DNA of 64,000 bases from the human T2T-CHM13v2.0 reference genome, Homo sapiens, in assembly GCF_009914755.1 (NCBI RefSeq), contig NC_060932.1; one strand, written 5' to 3'. A model generated the notes under the pieces. The model had not been told where the DNA came from. It was given only the letters and a program-made list of their open reading frames with translations, and did not search any database. Positions within the stretch are counted from its first letter, which is position 1, and every line of letters begins with the position of its first letter. Made by a program: the position numbers and the translations under genes. This document shows positions 15,216-30,226 of this stretch, one piece after another.

Positions 15216-17783
15216 TAAAATCCACCTGCTTCCCTGAACTAGAGTCTTGCTCTGTATCTGGTGAGGAACTCTGATGAGCCTTTCTATGGCGGGTAGGTCC
15301 GACTCGCTGCAAGGCTTTTGTTTGGCTGAGTATAGAGGTTTGGGGCCAGAGAGCTAAACTGACCAAGACATTAGAGGGAGAGGCCACATGGGGGAAGGAT
15401 TTGGAGAAGAAAGGGAGGGAGCTAGTTGATAGCTAAAAGGAATTTAGGTTATAAAATGTATTCATTTCTTCAACAAATATTTATCTCAAAAAGCTCACTC
15501 ATGCCAAGCTTTCTGCTAGGTGTTGAGGATGTGATGATGAATGGGACAGACACAGCACCTGCCCTCAAGCATGGGAAGTCCCTTTCCCTGTGATGTTCAA
15601 TGTCAACGCTCTCCACCCTCTCCCCCAAAATCTTCAGCAAAGCACACATTGCTTGCAAATGCTCAGCAGACGAGCTAGACTGAGGAGACAGAAGGAAATA
15701 CTGTCTTGTCCTGGGCTGGAAGGAAGCAAAGCCAGAGGCTCCTCACAGGAGGCCCAACATGTGGCTTGCATGCTCTAGTGGGCCAGGTAGGGCTCTTTAG
15801 GCAGCCAGCATCCGTTTCCTCCTTCTTATGGCAAGAGCACTTTGATTTGCTTTTGGAAAATTTCCTCTCTCCTGTTGAGGGTAGCCATAATGGGACTGTC
15901 AATCAAATGTTTTTCCCTGAATTCCTAGCCACAGGAGAGGCACCAGGTCCAAGCTGGGTCAGTGAGTCTTGGGAGTCAAATCCTAAAAGGGAGAGATACA
16001 AGAATAGAATCAAAGACGAAGCTGGTTTAGCCCAGCAAGGGATGTGATGAGATCAATGCCTACTGCCTGAATCCCTGGTCCCCCATCCATGTGAGGGTTC
16101 TCAGCAGGCCCTTAGAATCTGTGAGCTATTCTATATCCTTCCAACAAATTATCTTTTGCTTAACTTAGCGAGGGTCCTTTTCGGGTACCTGCAGTCAGAA
16201 AACCCTACCTGATGCCTGTGATCACGAAAAGTCCCAATCCCTCCTCCCCAGTAAGGGGTCTGGGCACCTCCAAGAGAAAACTGGCTTACAGCAAATGAGG
16301 GCCTGGCTGTGGAGACAGAGGCATCTTGTTACATCCTTAGAGCCTACTTCTACATCAAGTCGGTAATGATCAAAATCCAGAGGCTCCCTTAAGCTAACAG
16401 TGACTGCCCTTAACCAACAAGGACACTTAGAGGATCAGTGCGAGCCCTCAGGAAAAGGCCAACACACTGACAGAGAAAAGAGAGATCAGATTCATCTGGG
16501 TCAGGTTAAGGCTTCAAATGACACACTGAGCTCAGTAAACATTTCCCAAGCAATCCTTACGCCTTGCACCTAGATTTAATTCTGTACTCCCTGTGGGTCT
16601 CTCTGGCCGTGATGACATGGCAGGGGTTTCTCCTTCTCTCTAAATACATGTGGATTTGTACGAGCCACTGGGGAATTCCTTGGGGGAGAGAAAGCTAAAT
16701 TTATACCTTCAATTAATCTTCCCAAGTGTTCTTGCCCGCCTTCACTCTGTACCAAGTCTCCTTTTGCCCAAATCACCCCAGTACTCATACCCATTAGCAG
16801 ATTACACAGTGCAGATAGAAGCTGCTTTGCTGCTCATTTATTTTAAGTATTTTAATTTTGAGTCCATTCTTCCCATTATCTCTAACCTGTTCTAATATCC
16901 TGTTTCAGGGGATTATGATTCCCTTAGATGAACAACAAAAAAATCATTCAATGCTCCTGGGAGACTTGGCCATTATTAGCTCTCTCCCTAAGCAGGACAA
17001 ATTCCTACACAGGCCAAATTTCAGTTCAGTGCAAGAAACACTTAAGCACCTGTATGTGGCAGGCCTGTGCTACGCACTGGGAAACAGCTGTAAATAAGAT
17101 GCAGTCCCTGTCCTGAGGATGGTTACAAGCCATGGGAGGGATATTAAGCAAATGATCACAGGTGGAACAAGCGTCAAAGGCAGAGATCAGGGTGCCAGTG
17201 GCTACGTGAGAAGACATTTCACCTTGCCTGCAGGTCTAATAGCCCTCTCCTTGATGAAATGACATTTAAACTGGGCCCTAAATGCTGGTGATAGAATCAA
17301 GAGAATTGCTTCTTCTTCACTGGGGCCTTCTGCAAAGCTGTTCACATTTCAGGAAGACATCATATTTTAAAAGTTCATTTTCATTCAAGTTGATGGATTT
17401 GGAGCTCAATGTTTTTTCCACAGAAATATACTTACAAATAGTGGCTAGGTTTCCAGGTTAGGATGCCAGCACCTAATTATCTACAATGGCTGCAGCACCA
17501 ACAGCCAGAAATAGCATTTTACCCAGCTTGTGTGTGAAACACAGATCCCAGCCCTGATCACCAATGGAAACCCCTTCGAGAAAGCCCTCCTTTTCCTCAC
17601 TGAGTGCCAGCAATTCTCTGTCTGGGGGGAGGTCCCTCCAATCCAGTCCCCAATCCCACTGCCTTGGTTTAAACCAACTCTTCCCTTAAACCTGCATCAC
17701 AGCAACCAACACAAAATGTGGTCACTATCTCATTTCTCCTCTTTCCAGCCTTCTCCCTCTACTCCCCACGGGGCAGCCAGCTA

Positions 17784-18086
<303 letters not shown>

Positions 18087-18603
18087 TGCCAGCTACTTTT
18101 TAAAGACCAAACATGAAGGCCTTTCAATGTTCCCCACTGCCCGCAGATTGAAGTTCAAGCAATCACACAAAACGATTTTCCTGATACAAGCCCCAATCTA
18201 TCTTCCCAACCCCTTTCCCTGCCACTCCCTACCTGTATTCTACAGGTCCAGGCACACGGTTCTCTCTTCCCAAGTTTCTGCTCTTGCTGCTGCTGTTTCT
18301 AAATCCACCTAGAACAAGTGGCTTCCTCCATCTTGACCAGAACTGTCCATCAATCTTTCAAGACCTAGCCTCTCATCCAAGAAATTTACTTCCTTTTATT
18401 CTGGTAGTTTGGTGAATTGTATTATAATGACTTGTTTGCTTATTAAACAAATATGAGTACCTACAATGGGCCAAGCTGACTGCCTCAGTAGAAAGGACGC
18501 ATCGTGAAGACAGAGACATCGTCTATTTGCATCTGCTTTGGCTTCCTTCACTGAAAAGCCACAACAGAGTTGGGTTCATATCCTGTCTTTGGCACCTTCT
18601 AGC

Positions 18604-18930
<327 letters not shown>

Positions 18931-19284
18931 TGAAGCTTAAGTTTCCTCATCTGGAAAATGGGGATAATACTATTTCACAAGTTTGTTTAAACACAAGTTC
19001 CCAAATCCAGCTGAACGTCAGAATCAACTTCAAAAGTATGTAGAATGGGAATGAGCCAAGATACCTGCATTTTTTTAAAATCTCAAGTTTAATGCTTATG
19101 TATAGCCAGATTTTAAAAACCGTAAATTGGAGGCTTTTTCATAAAGTACCTGGCACATTAATGCTCAGTGCCCAGGTGTGCCCCGAACACGGCGTTCCTA
19201 CTGGAACAAGCAGAGTTGATGTGAGATAAGGGGACCGTACGGGAAGGAGCCTAGGTTTAAACCACACATATAAATCGTGGGAAA

Positions 19285-19580
19285 GGCTGGGCACCGTGGC
19301 TCAGGCCTGTAATCCCAGCACTTTGAGAGGCCGAGGCAGGTGACTTGCCTGAGCTCAGGAGTTTAAGACCAGCCTGGGCCACATGGTGAAACTCCATCTC
19401 GAACAAAAATACAAAAAATTAGCCGAGTGTGGTGGCACACACTTGTGGTCCCAGCTACTCAGGAGGCTGAGGTGGGAGGATCATCTGAACCTGGGAGGCA
19501 GAGGTTGCAGCGAGCCGAGATCATGCCACTACACTCCAACCTGGGTGACAGACTGAGATCCTGTCTCAAAAAAACAAAGA
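19285..19580 (+). mobile_element. Alu with GA-rich tail to ~19660
   Basis: Alu consensus. Confidence 0.92.
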
Positions 19581-20497
19581 AAGAAGAGACAGAGAGGGAG
19601 AGAGGGAGAGAAAGAGGGAGGGACAGGGAGGGAAGGTGGGAGGGAGGGTTAAGAAAGAAGTAAACACAGGACATGGTATTCCTGGCCAATTCTGATCACC
19701 AGTCACTCTGGAAGGCAAACAAGTGAACTGCCAGTAAACCCATTTGCTCAGCCCAGCCTTCTAAGAAAAAAACAGTATAAAGTCCAGAAAGGAGTAACTT
19801 CTTTCAAAGGTTAGTTATTCAGAGTGTTAAGTTACTGCTGAAAGTGTAAGAGGGGCAGGGACCTCAGAAACAGAGTTGGCAATAAACGAAGATGTTGGCA
19901 ACTGCAACATTGCCTATTATTAGATCCATGTCATTCAAAAGGTAGCTTAGAACACAATGATACTGGCAATGTGTCCTTCTAAATAAGCGGGATCTTTTTC
20001 TATTGCTTCAGTATTTCCCCAGTAATAGAAGAGGGACATACATACAACCTGCTTCCTGTCACCTCACCTTGTGATGAGTGAAGTTGGCCTGTCGAAGGCC
20101 CAAGATACAGACTGGGATGTTCACCCTCGAGGAAAAAAAAAAAAAAGGGCTCAGGAATGTCATGGCACCTGCTATCTAGTCTGTGTGTGCCTTATGAGGA
20201 AACAGGATTAAACTAATTTTATAAAGTTCCAGGGCTCAGATCCATGGGTAGAAGCTATAAAAATGCCATAAAGCATGCTACAATCAGATATGACTCCTCA
20301 CTCAAAGTTAGCAAGCATCCTCCTTCATTAAAATGAAAACCCAGGAATTCTGCATCCAGGAATTAATCCAGCAAAAAATACTGGGTACTTCCTAAATGCT
20401 CTTCAAGAGATAATTGGTTACACAAATTATGTGATATCTAAGAGACAGCAGAGCAGGGACATGGAAACTTAACACAGACAACCTTCAAGTTGCACAT

Positions 20498-20503
20498 TTT
20501 AAT
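20498..20503 (-). terminator. Distal poly(A) signal ATTAAA
   Basis: tttaat on + strand; UGUA upstream and GGTTGTCTGTGTT downstream. Confidence 0.65.
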
Positions 20504-20944
20504 TTACAATTTTTACCAATAAAAAGGATTAGTTTACAAAAAGGGAAGTCCTTTATACAAAATAAGGATTTTTTTTTTCCATTTGTAAAGAGAATCCACT
20601 GTCATGTTTTGCCTTGTCAAGTCAAAACTCAAATAGCTTGTTTTGGTAAAATTATTCCAGAAACATAATCCAGACAAAATCAATAACGTCATCAGCTTCC
20701 TAACCATGTTTAAGAGGAATAACTTCATGAACATTTTGCCCTGAACTGAAGAGTTCTAAATACTTGTAAACCTTTAGGAAAAAATGACTGCTCGCAGGCA
20801 GCTGACTGGTAAGAGGGTACACCAGAGACTCCGGGTCACTCACTGTCAGAATATTCTTATACATACAATGAGTCTCCACGCCTGTACAATGAGTGTACGT
20901 GCAACATAATTGGAGTAATGGCCTCTAAAATTTTACAAGTAAAC

Positions 20945-20950
20945 TTTATT
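20945..20950 (-). terminator. Middle poly(A) signal AATAAA
   Basis: tttatt on + strand within the 3'UTR. Confidence 0.55.
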
Positions 20951-21300
20951 GTGGCCACAGATGAACAACAAAACATGACAGTTAAGGTTCAGACTCTCCC
21001 CACCTATTTTATCATATAAATTAAATATGGAGAGGTACACACAAACTCTATTCAAAATGAGAAGTTGTTTGCCAACTCTCATTTCCTAGGATAACACACA
21101 TCACACTGTTTAAGAGTGGGGGAAAGAATAGTCATACTGTTAGAGCACAATGTTTCCTGAAAAGAAACTGATCAAAACGTTTGAAGCCTTTTTAGTTGCC
21201 TCAAAGTGTGACAGCCACTCAATACTGCTCCTAACAGTCTGCTTTCAGATAACGTCATAAAATAAAATAACTGTGTGAAAAGCCATGGCCTTCAAAAAAC

Positions 21301-21306
21301 TTTATT
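21301..21306 (-). terminator. Proximal poly(A) signal AATAAA
   Basis: tttatt on + strand; U-rich downstream (TTATTTTATTTT). Confidence 0.55.
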
Positions 21307-22584
21307 TGGTTATGAGCCAAGCTCTGATAGGAAAAGCCCACCTACGAAAAAAAGGTGTGGGTATTTAAGCTGGTCTGATTCACAGAGCTTGTACATTCAT
21401 GACTCAAAATAACACACCCTCAAACCCAAATGATTCTAAAGCCATTTCAACCTTAAATCATGTTATTCCCTTAGATGTGCTTACATTAGCTTTAAAAAAT
21501 GATCTACGTGCAGAGAGGAGCTGCGCCTTCCTCACAATTAATTGAAACATGACCAAAAAACGGGGGATAGGCAAAAAAGTGACATTTAAATAGCGTATGA
21601 GGGTCTCTCCTCCTTTACTCAATGAACACATATCCAGAATGAGATTGAAATGGAATCAATGCCCAGGAGCCTCTCAAAGAGAGCATCTCCCTGTAGCCAA
21701 CATGATCTGGATCCTCCTAACACAAAGCAACCCAACTACTCCAGCTACACAAAGCCAGTAGGCCTACATATGAAACGCAAAGGGGTTGCATCCCCCATGG
21801 TTTAAACCTAACCCATGTTAGCTGCAACTCCACTACAGTCTTGATCACTTAGCTCAGGAAACAAACACCCAGCAACAACCCTCGTATCTCATTAATACCA
21901 ATCTGTGGCCCTCACTGACTCAGTGGTACTTTTTTATAAAAATATCTGAAGAAGTGGCAAACGGTTACAACGGATGTCAGGTCGAAGCAATTCCAAAAGC
22001 TGAGAAAACGCTTCATCCGCTGCTTGTCTTCTCCCCCTATTGCTACAGTTCTGCCACCAAAGGGGGAAAATTACGTGAATATGATTGTTGTGACCAAGCC
22101 TTGGCAAAAGTCAATAAATAACAGAACCTGTCAAGGGCAGAGCAATTTTATGGGCAACCTCTTCTAGTTGCAAATGTGGGGGTTGGGAAAAGTGGGAGAG
22201 AGGCATGTGTGCAAGAAAGAGATAAGGGTCCTTTTGGGAAGGGTTTGGTGACCCAGCCCCAGCTCAATGCCAGCAGACTAGGACCCGCTAAAACCCATTA
22301 TTCAGACGGAAAGGGGAGAAGAGAAGACACCAAAAAATGTAGTCAGTTTTGCAATTTGCACAGTTGGTATTTGTTCTTCACAGCAGTAAGGACTTGAATG
22401 AGAATCGTGAAACTTGTGGAACACTTATATTTTTCTTCGGGATTTAAGAAACTTTGTCTCGTACTGAAAGACTACATTCAGTGTGGGTCAGGTCCAACAG
22501 TGTTAGCCAGAACGCAGTTGTTAAGTGCACCCAGCACTGGGAGGAAATGTGGCTTGAGAGGAGCGGCTGCCCGAGGCCGCCCCT

Positions 22585-22723
22585 TCACTGGTCTCCAAGT
22601 CGAAAGCCCTGGCCCCAGTTGTGTCTCCCGCCTCCGCCATTCTGATCAGCAGCTCGCCTCATGCTAGCAGGGGGCACACCAAATCCTGATACTCCTCCTC
22701 TCCTACTGGGCAGCCAGCGGTAC
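22585..22723 (-). CDS. DERL1: Derlin-1 exon 8 coding part (YRWLPSRR...WGQGFRLGDQ*), p97-binding SHP box
   Basis: Long pyrimidine tract, caccag|GTAC; TGA at 22585-22587; exon sum 756 nt = 251 aa + stop. Confidence 0.99.
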
Positions 22724-23795
22724 CTGGTGCAGAAAGACGGGGACACAAATGGAGAGAAGAGAACAAAGTCACTTCCACATAGTTATCTGACCTCCGAGAA
22801 CACCTCCCTCTCCTGCTGTTCCCATGGCACTTGTCATGTTGAAGGCAGCGAGGGACGTCTTATTTAACTTTGTCTTTTCTGTACTCAGCCCCATGACCTG
22901 ACCACAGACGGCATTCGTTTTTCATGTTTCTTAAATGTATTCAGATTTCAGCTAAATTCACACTCTGAACGTTTTTTTCTCTGCTTATAAAAGTAATCCA
23001 TGCAGAACAGTATGGAAACAAAAATATTACACCCACAAGCCCAGCAACCAAAGAATGACTGATAGCATCTTGGTATATCTAAATATGGCTCAAACTGGAT
23101 CAAAGGATACAAAATACATTCACTTTCAAAGGCCAAATCCACAGCCTGCATGTTTGAGCCTTGCACAGCATTTCTAAAAGGCTCTCAGCTGAGCCCATCA
23201 AAGGAGACAGGGGAAGAAGGCTTTCTATGTTGGAAGTATGGGTATGTTTTAAAATTTATTCAGAATCTGCCTTCCAGGTACATTCTTCCCTTCTCACAGA
23301 TGGTGGGAGAGCTGGGGCCCCAGACGGTTAGATGATTTCCCACCTTAAAATTAATAAACTAAGAGTTCACAGAACAGCTAAGAGAACTTAAACCCAAGCC
23401 TACACTCTCAATAGTATTTTCCAACTATTTCCCATCTTTGACTCTTTTATTAGTAAACTGAGAATGTGTTTAAACCTATTCCACTTAGCAGATCCTAATG
23501 TTTAAAATTTTGCTTGAAGGCAGAGAGCATGATCTGATACCTCCGCTTAAACCCTTCTTGGCAGCAAGAGTAAGTCATGACAGGTGACTTGTCCACAGCA
23601 GAAACCCTGAAGAGGACAGGCTTTATACTTGACCTTATACTAGAGCAGTTACTATGTGAATTTACTCAGTGATTATTGCCTTACACTAGGTGCTGCCTGC
23701 TTATAAATTCATCTGATCTTCACAATAACCCCATGAGGTAGGCATTACTATTACTCCTGTTTTATAAACAAGAAAATTGAGCCAACACTGAGTGA

Positions 23796-24273
<478 letters not shown>

Positions 24274-26332
24274 AAAAACCCCTTTTAAACACAAAATTTA
24301 GTGTGTACAGAGAAGATATAACTACTCTAAATGGAATGGAAAATGGTGATACAAATGTATCAGCATTCCATTTAGAAAAGCAGTTATACCTTCCTATACT
24401 CACCTCCTCCATTTTAAACAAATACAGCTTTACCATTAAATCAAAATGTATTTTCCAAGTGCTGGTTTCTCAACATCCATGCCTTCTGGTACAATAATAT
24501 TCCTCCAAAGTACATAATAAAATAGAACACTTGCTGGAGAAAATGCTAGGGCTGTCTTGCTTTGCTACTCACTCTAAGACAATATGGAAGCCATCTCCAC
24601 TGCTTAAGTAGATAGTGAAATTAAATGCAAATAATTAGTATAAAAAGATACCCAATTATACATAATCAACAAAAATTTATGGTAATTTCAAAGCAGTTAC
24701 TGCTTTTGCAAGGAGCTGTATTTTGTCATCTGATCTTTATGCAAAATTTAGCAGAAGGACTTCCCCCAACAGAGAAAGTTCAAGTGGAAGGCAGGCTCCA
24801 GGGCTCGCTGATTTTGCCACTAGAATCTTGTATCCTGTGTTGCCCACAACTGAGAAGTAGCTACAAGCCGTTAAGTTAGAATATGGCCATTTAAAGTAAA
24901 GTAACTGTTGGCTGCCCCCCAAAAGCACCAAGCTTTTTTTAATTGATGCATCTGCCATCCTACTTGATAAACCTAGATCAGAAAGCCAAACCTGCTGTTA
25001 TTATGTCCTTTGATAATTAGAAACCAGATTGGTCATTTGTTTTTTTAGCCTGAAGGCAATTCAAGGCTCAGAAGAGAAACAAGTTTCTTTTTATTCTCTT
25101 AAAGAAAAACACACACACCACAACCACCAATATGGTATATCTCTGTATATTACAGTTCACAATTTGAAAAGTCTTTGAAAAACATACCCCTACCCTATAA
25201 AAGGAAGGGGAGAAAGAGGAGGCCTGCTCAAGTTTTACTGCCCTCACTGATCCCTTAGAGGAATGACAGAACTGCAAAACATTAAAATTAGCAAGATGTG
25301 GAAGGGTTTGGTTTGTTTGTTTTTTTAAAGCTTTCAAATGCAAGCTATTACTGCATATCCCTGATATGAGATTAGGCATGATTGTCAGGCAGGCTGTGAC
25401 ACCCAGATGGTGATTTAACTGGCCCGTTCTTCGACAGCCTTTTGCCTCACTGACAGAACGGTCACACGACTATTACATGCTTCTGGGTGTGTGCGCGTCT
25501 CCTCTCAGATCGTCAAAATCCTGCTCTCCTACCCCCACCTTTAGGAATATGGCAGCTAGCTTTACTTACCGAGAACCCGCTACTGTGCTTCCCAACAGTG
25601 TATCTTACCTCATGCAGTCCTGTGAGACAGGGGCTTCTCCCACAATTTACAGGCTTGCAAACTGAAGCTTGGAGGTTTGATTAAGTAACTTTCCCAGTAT
25701 AAAAACTGCTATCTGAGGGGACTGGGATTCAAATCCAAGTTTGTCTCAAAAATCAAAGCTGTTGCCCTTACCAGCCCACTTCAGTAAACCCTAAAAGCAG
25801 ATAAAGAGCACAAACTCCCAGGGGGTTGGGCCTATACAAACCTCAAGTCTCTCATTTTAACTCTGAACAGTCCTGTAAAATGTCTACTCCATAGTATTTA
25901 ATATAAAAATGTTTAAAATTGCTGACCAACACGCTAACTTACCCTTCCTTGGGCAAAATCATGGGTAAAAACTGATGGGCCAAGAAAAGACACCCCACTA
26001 ACCTGTGACTCTGCCCATTCACCAGCCTACTGTTTCGCACTCTGGAGTTGCATCAGGTCCCTCAGCAGGCTCAGAGAGCTGAGATGCCTCCTGTAATGTT
26101 GGAATCTAGTTGTCAGTGGTCCCTGGCTAAAAGAGTAACAGGAAGGCAACTGAGCCTAAGCTTTAATCCCTAACTTCCTGTGACTGTGTGACTAGGGTAA
26201 GTCACTTGTTGCCTCAGGTTTCTCCAGCAGATGGGGCATAGGGGTAAATCATACTCCTCATGGAGCTCTCATTAGGATGCACTAAGAACACAGGCAGTAA
26301 AATGTTAGATGAGACAGGACAAAAACACTTAC

Positions 26333-26443
26333 AAAAACTGAGGTGTGGATAGAAAATTTCTTCCTCCCAAGTCCATTGGGTATCTGAACATTAGGAAAAA
26401 ATAAAGATGTCCAACCAGATTTCCAATAAGCTCATTGATTACC
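26333..26443 (-). CDS. DERL1: Derlin-1 exon 7 (VINELIGNLVGHLYFF...STPQFL), GxxxG motif
   Basis: Acceptor ttgcag|G; donor TT|GTAAGT; 111 nt. Confidence 0.98.
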
Positions 26444-27259
26444 CTGCAAAGAGAGCCAAATGAGTTTAAAGACATTCAAGCAATAGAGATGCACCAAGTT
26501 TTAACTAATAGCATAAGGAAGAGAGCCTTCAAGGCAGCCCATTTAGTCCCTGGGAGTCTGTGAGAGCTGACAATGAGCACTTTTGTAGTCTGAGTGGCAA
26601 ATGCATTCTGAGGGAGACGGGAAATCAGTCCTGCTGAACCAATGAGGCCTGCCACTCTTCAAGGCCAGCAGCCCCTCTGACCTCTCTTTCAAGCACCAGC
26701 CCATCCTCAAAATATTGTTTTTGCTACTTCCTGCCTCAAGAGTTGGGGAAGTTGCAAAGCATGCTTCTGAATGCTTTCAGTCATGAATATTGTATTTATA
26801 AAATGTGGGCAAACATGAAGGCTACCAAGAGAGAAGCGTGGGAGTAAGGAAAAGAGGAACAATAAATGCCTGTTCCCCCTTTCCTGGAGCCATTAAGCAC
26901 TTCTCCCTTGCCTCTTGTATCCTTGAGTGTAAGACACCACAGAGATCACTTAGGAAAGCCGACTTGCACCCTGAAATCAACGCTGACCTTCTTCAGTTTT
27001 CCCTTGGCTTACATACAGGTCACCTCAAGAGTGTATAGATCTACTGTTACTATTACAAATCCTCTTTGTCTTCACCTGCAACATGATTCCCGTCAGGGGC
27101 AAATCAACACCTGCAACTACTTCAGACTTCACCTTCCTGGGTGGAAGAGCAGCTTTGCCAAGTTCAGAACATGCTTTGCTCTAAACAGTCTGCTCCATCC
27201 ATTCACTTCTCCCCAGCAATATGCAGAAGAAGTTAGGATCACACAGAGCAAATATGTCA

Positions 27260-27764
<505 letters not shown>

Positions 27765-27807
27765 CTAGATATTTGACCCTGGTTGGCCAAAAGTTCTGTA
27801 TTATCAT

Positions 27808-28122
<315 letters not shown>

Positions 28123-28584
28123 GTTCTGTATCATCAAACCACTTGCAAAATTATATCCTATCTAAGAATCTGGATTTCTATGACCGATAGGCAGTTTCCA
28201 AGGCATTCTGGAAATGCCTTAAGAATATAAGACATAGTAATTTTATACATAGCTCTTAGAGGAGCCAACTCAGACAAAAATTAGGTCTCTGTTTGCCCAA
28301 TCAGAATAGTGAATCCAGAAATACATATTTATTCCTGTACTATACACATAGGAACATACTGTGTGTAACAATAAGTTAACAAAATCACAACCATTCAAGG
28401 TTAAATATGCTTAAAGCCCTGCAATCTAATCAATTCAATCGAAGTGAAATTATTCCATAAATATAGGGTTCTAATGCGTCAATGTTGAGATTCTTTAAAG
28501 TTGTATAAAGGTTAGAGAAAGATAAAAACTAATGGAAATTTTCCAAGGATTAGTTTCCAATTAAATAAATCTAATATCACTTAC

Positions 28585-28637
28585 GAGCCTCCGATGATAT
28601 AGTTGAATCCAAGGATAACCCAGGGTAAATAGCAGGC
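28585..28637 (-). CDS. DERL1: Derlin-1 exon 6 (ACYLPWVILGFNYIIGGS)
   Basis: Acceptor cctag|GCC; donor TC|GTAAGT; 53 nt. Confidence 0.98.
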
Positions 28638-29821
28638 CTAGGATGGAATGAATATATGCAAATGTGAGTAGCCACACCTGACGAGGACACAGCTACTACG
28701 GGGACTAAAGTGGGTAAGGATACACTGACAAGGGCTTTATATAAATCCTCTGGAAGGTCACTGCAAAATTTCTAGGATCAATCTAGCATTATTCCCACTA
28801 TACTTAAACCTTCCTATCTAAAACTAGACTTAATTGTGTATTTGTAACTGGAAGGACACAGTACTTTGCCCACAGGTCTGATGCAATACAGGCCCTGCTG
28901 AACTGCTATAAACAGACAGCTTCAAAAAGCAGATGAGTGTCCTACAGATGCTACTAAAAGCAAGGCCCATGAGAGAATCACACTAAGATTCCAGCCAACA
29001 AATTGCTACAAATAAAATAAACATACCCCATCTTTTTAGGTTCTTCTTTTACATATCTTGCAAAATTCCTCTGAATTTTTATCTCATTATGCATTGATAT
29101 CTTAAACTAATACTCTCCCAAATAAGAAAGCTCTCCAGATGAACTCAACATTTGAGCCCCTTACCAAATCCAAGACATCATACCAAGAGCTAAAGGAGTT
29201 GCAAGAAACTTCACAAACTAGGAAAGAGAGGGTTATACTCAAATAACTTTACAGCTACATGTGCTAAGTACTAAAGAGAAACACAAAGTATTGAAAAAGC
29301 CCAAACGTAAGACTAATTCTAGGCAGGAGATTCAGGAAATATGTTCAGTTCCAACTCAAATTAAGAATGGGTAGGATTTATACAAAGAAGAGAATCAAGA
29401 TGTTACAGGTGGAAAATTGTGAAAGAATGTACAAAGAGAAGTGTTTGGGGGCAAAAACAATCTGTTTCAGCTACAGTATAAAGCAAATAACAGGGAACGA
29501 GGGAGGGATAAGAACAGATTTTTAAAGCAGGGTTTCACATGAGTTATCTCTCCTTCTCTCTAACACAGACACATAAGATCACTCAGGGACATAACCTTGA
29601 GGGGCCCGAGGTACAGAGGGAGTGAAGAAACAAAGGCCAGCAACGGACTCCAGGCTGGCTAATTAAATAGAGCTGGGATTGAGGAGGGCAGAAAGGGGCT
29701 TGCCTATGGTACACTGCTCTGCAGTGACCCCTTCTGGATGAGTCAGAAAGTACATCTCTGGACTGAAGAGGGATTTCTGCAGACAAATGAAAAGGACACT
29801 TTTCCAACCAAGGCAAAGTAC

Positions 29822-29917
29822 CTTAAATCGTGTTCCAAACCAAAATGATACAATCATGTCTCTGTTCAGCTGGGCCCAGACATAAAGTACTGACATGATC
29901 AGAGGAATCATCAGCAA
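29822..29917 (-). CDS. DERL1: Derlin-1 exon 5 (LLMIPLIMSV...WFGTRFK)
   Basis: Acceptor ttttgcag|TTG; donor AAG|GTACTT; 96 nt; embedded in ORF 29663..29977. Confidence 0.99.
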
Positions 29918-30226
29918 CTGCAAAAGAAGTCGACATGTAAAAACCAGGCTCCAGAGGCACTTAAAAAAGGTGTACATCTACTATGCTTTTTACCCCTCCT
30001 CTTCACAACAATCCTCACCTGGGTAAAGGGAAACTCAACTGATCAGAATTATAAATTGATCCTATTATTTATCATACAATAAATATTACAAAATCCTATA
30101 ATAAAATACAACAAAACTATATTATTTTAGATGGATTCAGAAATGTAAGAGTCAAGCTCTGTTATTTACAAAAAGTAAGCAACAAAGCATTACCATATAA
30201 TCTCAATTTTTAAAAAACATCCATAT

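Larger units (their letters stand above)
20480..22584 (-). other. DERL1: DERL1 3'UTR (longest form; distal end approximate)
   Basis: Repeat-free sequence after the stop, ending near ATTAAA 20498-20503 with upstream TGTA motifs and a downstream GT-rich tract. Confidence 0.75.
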
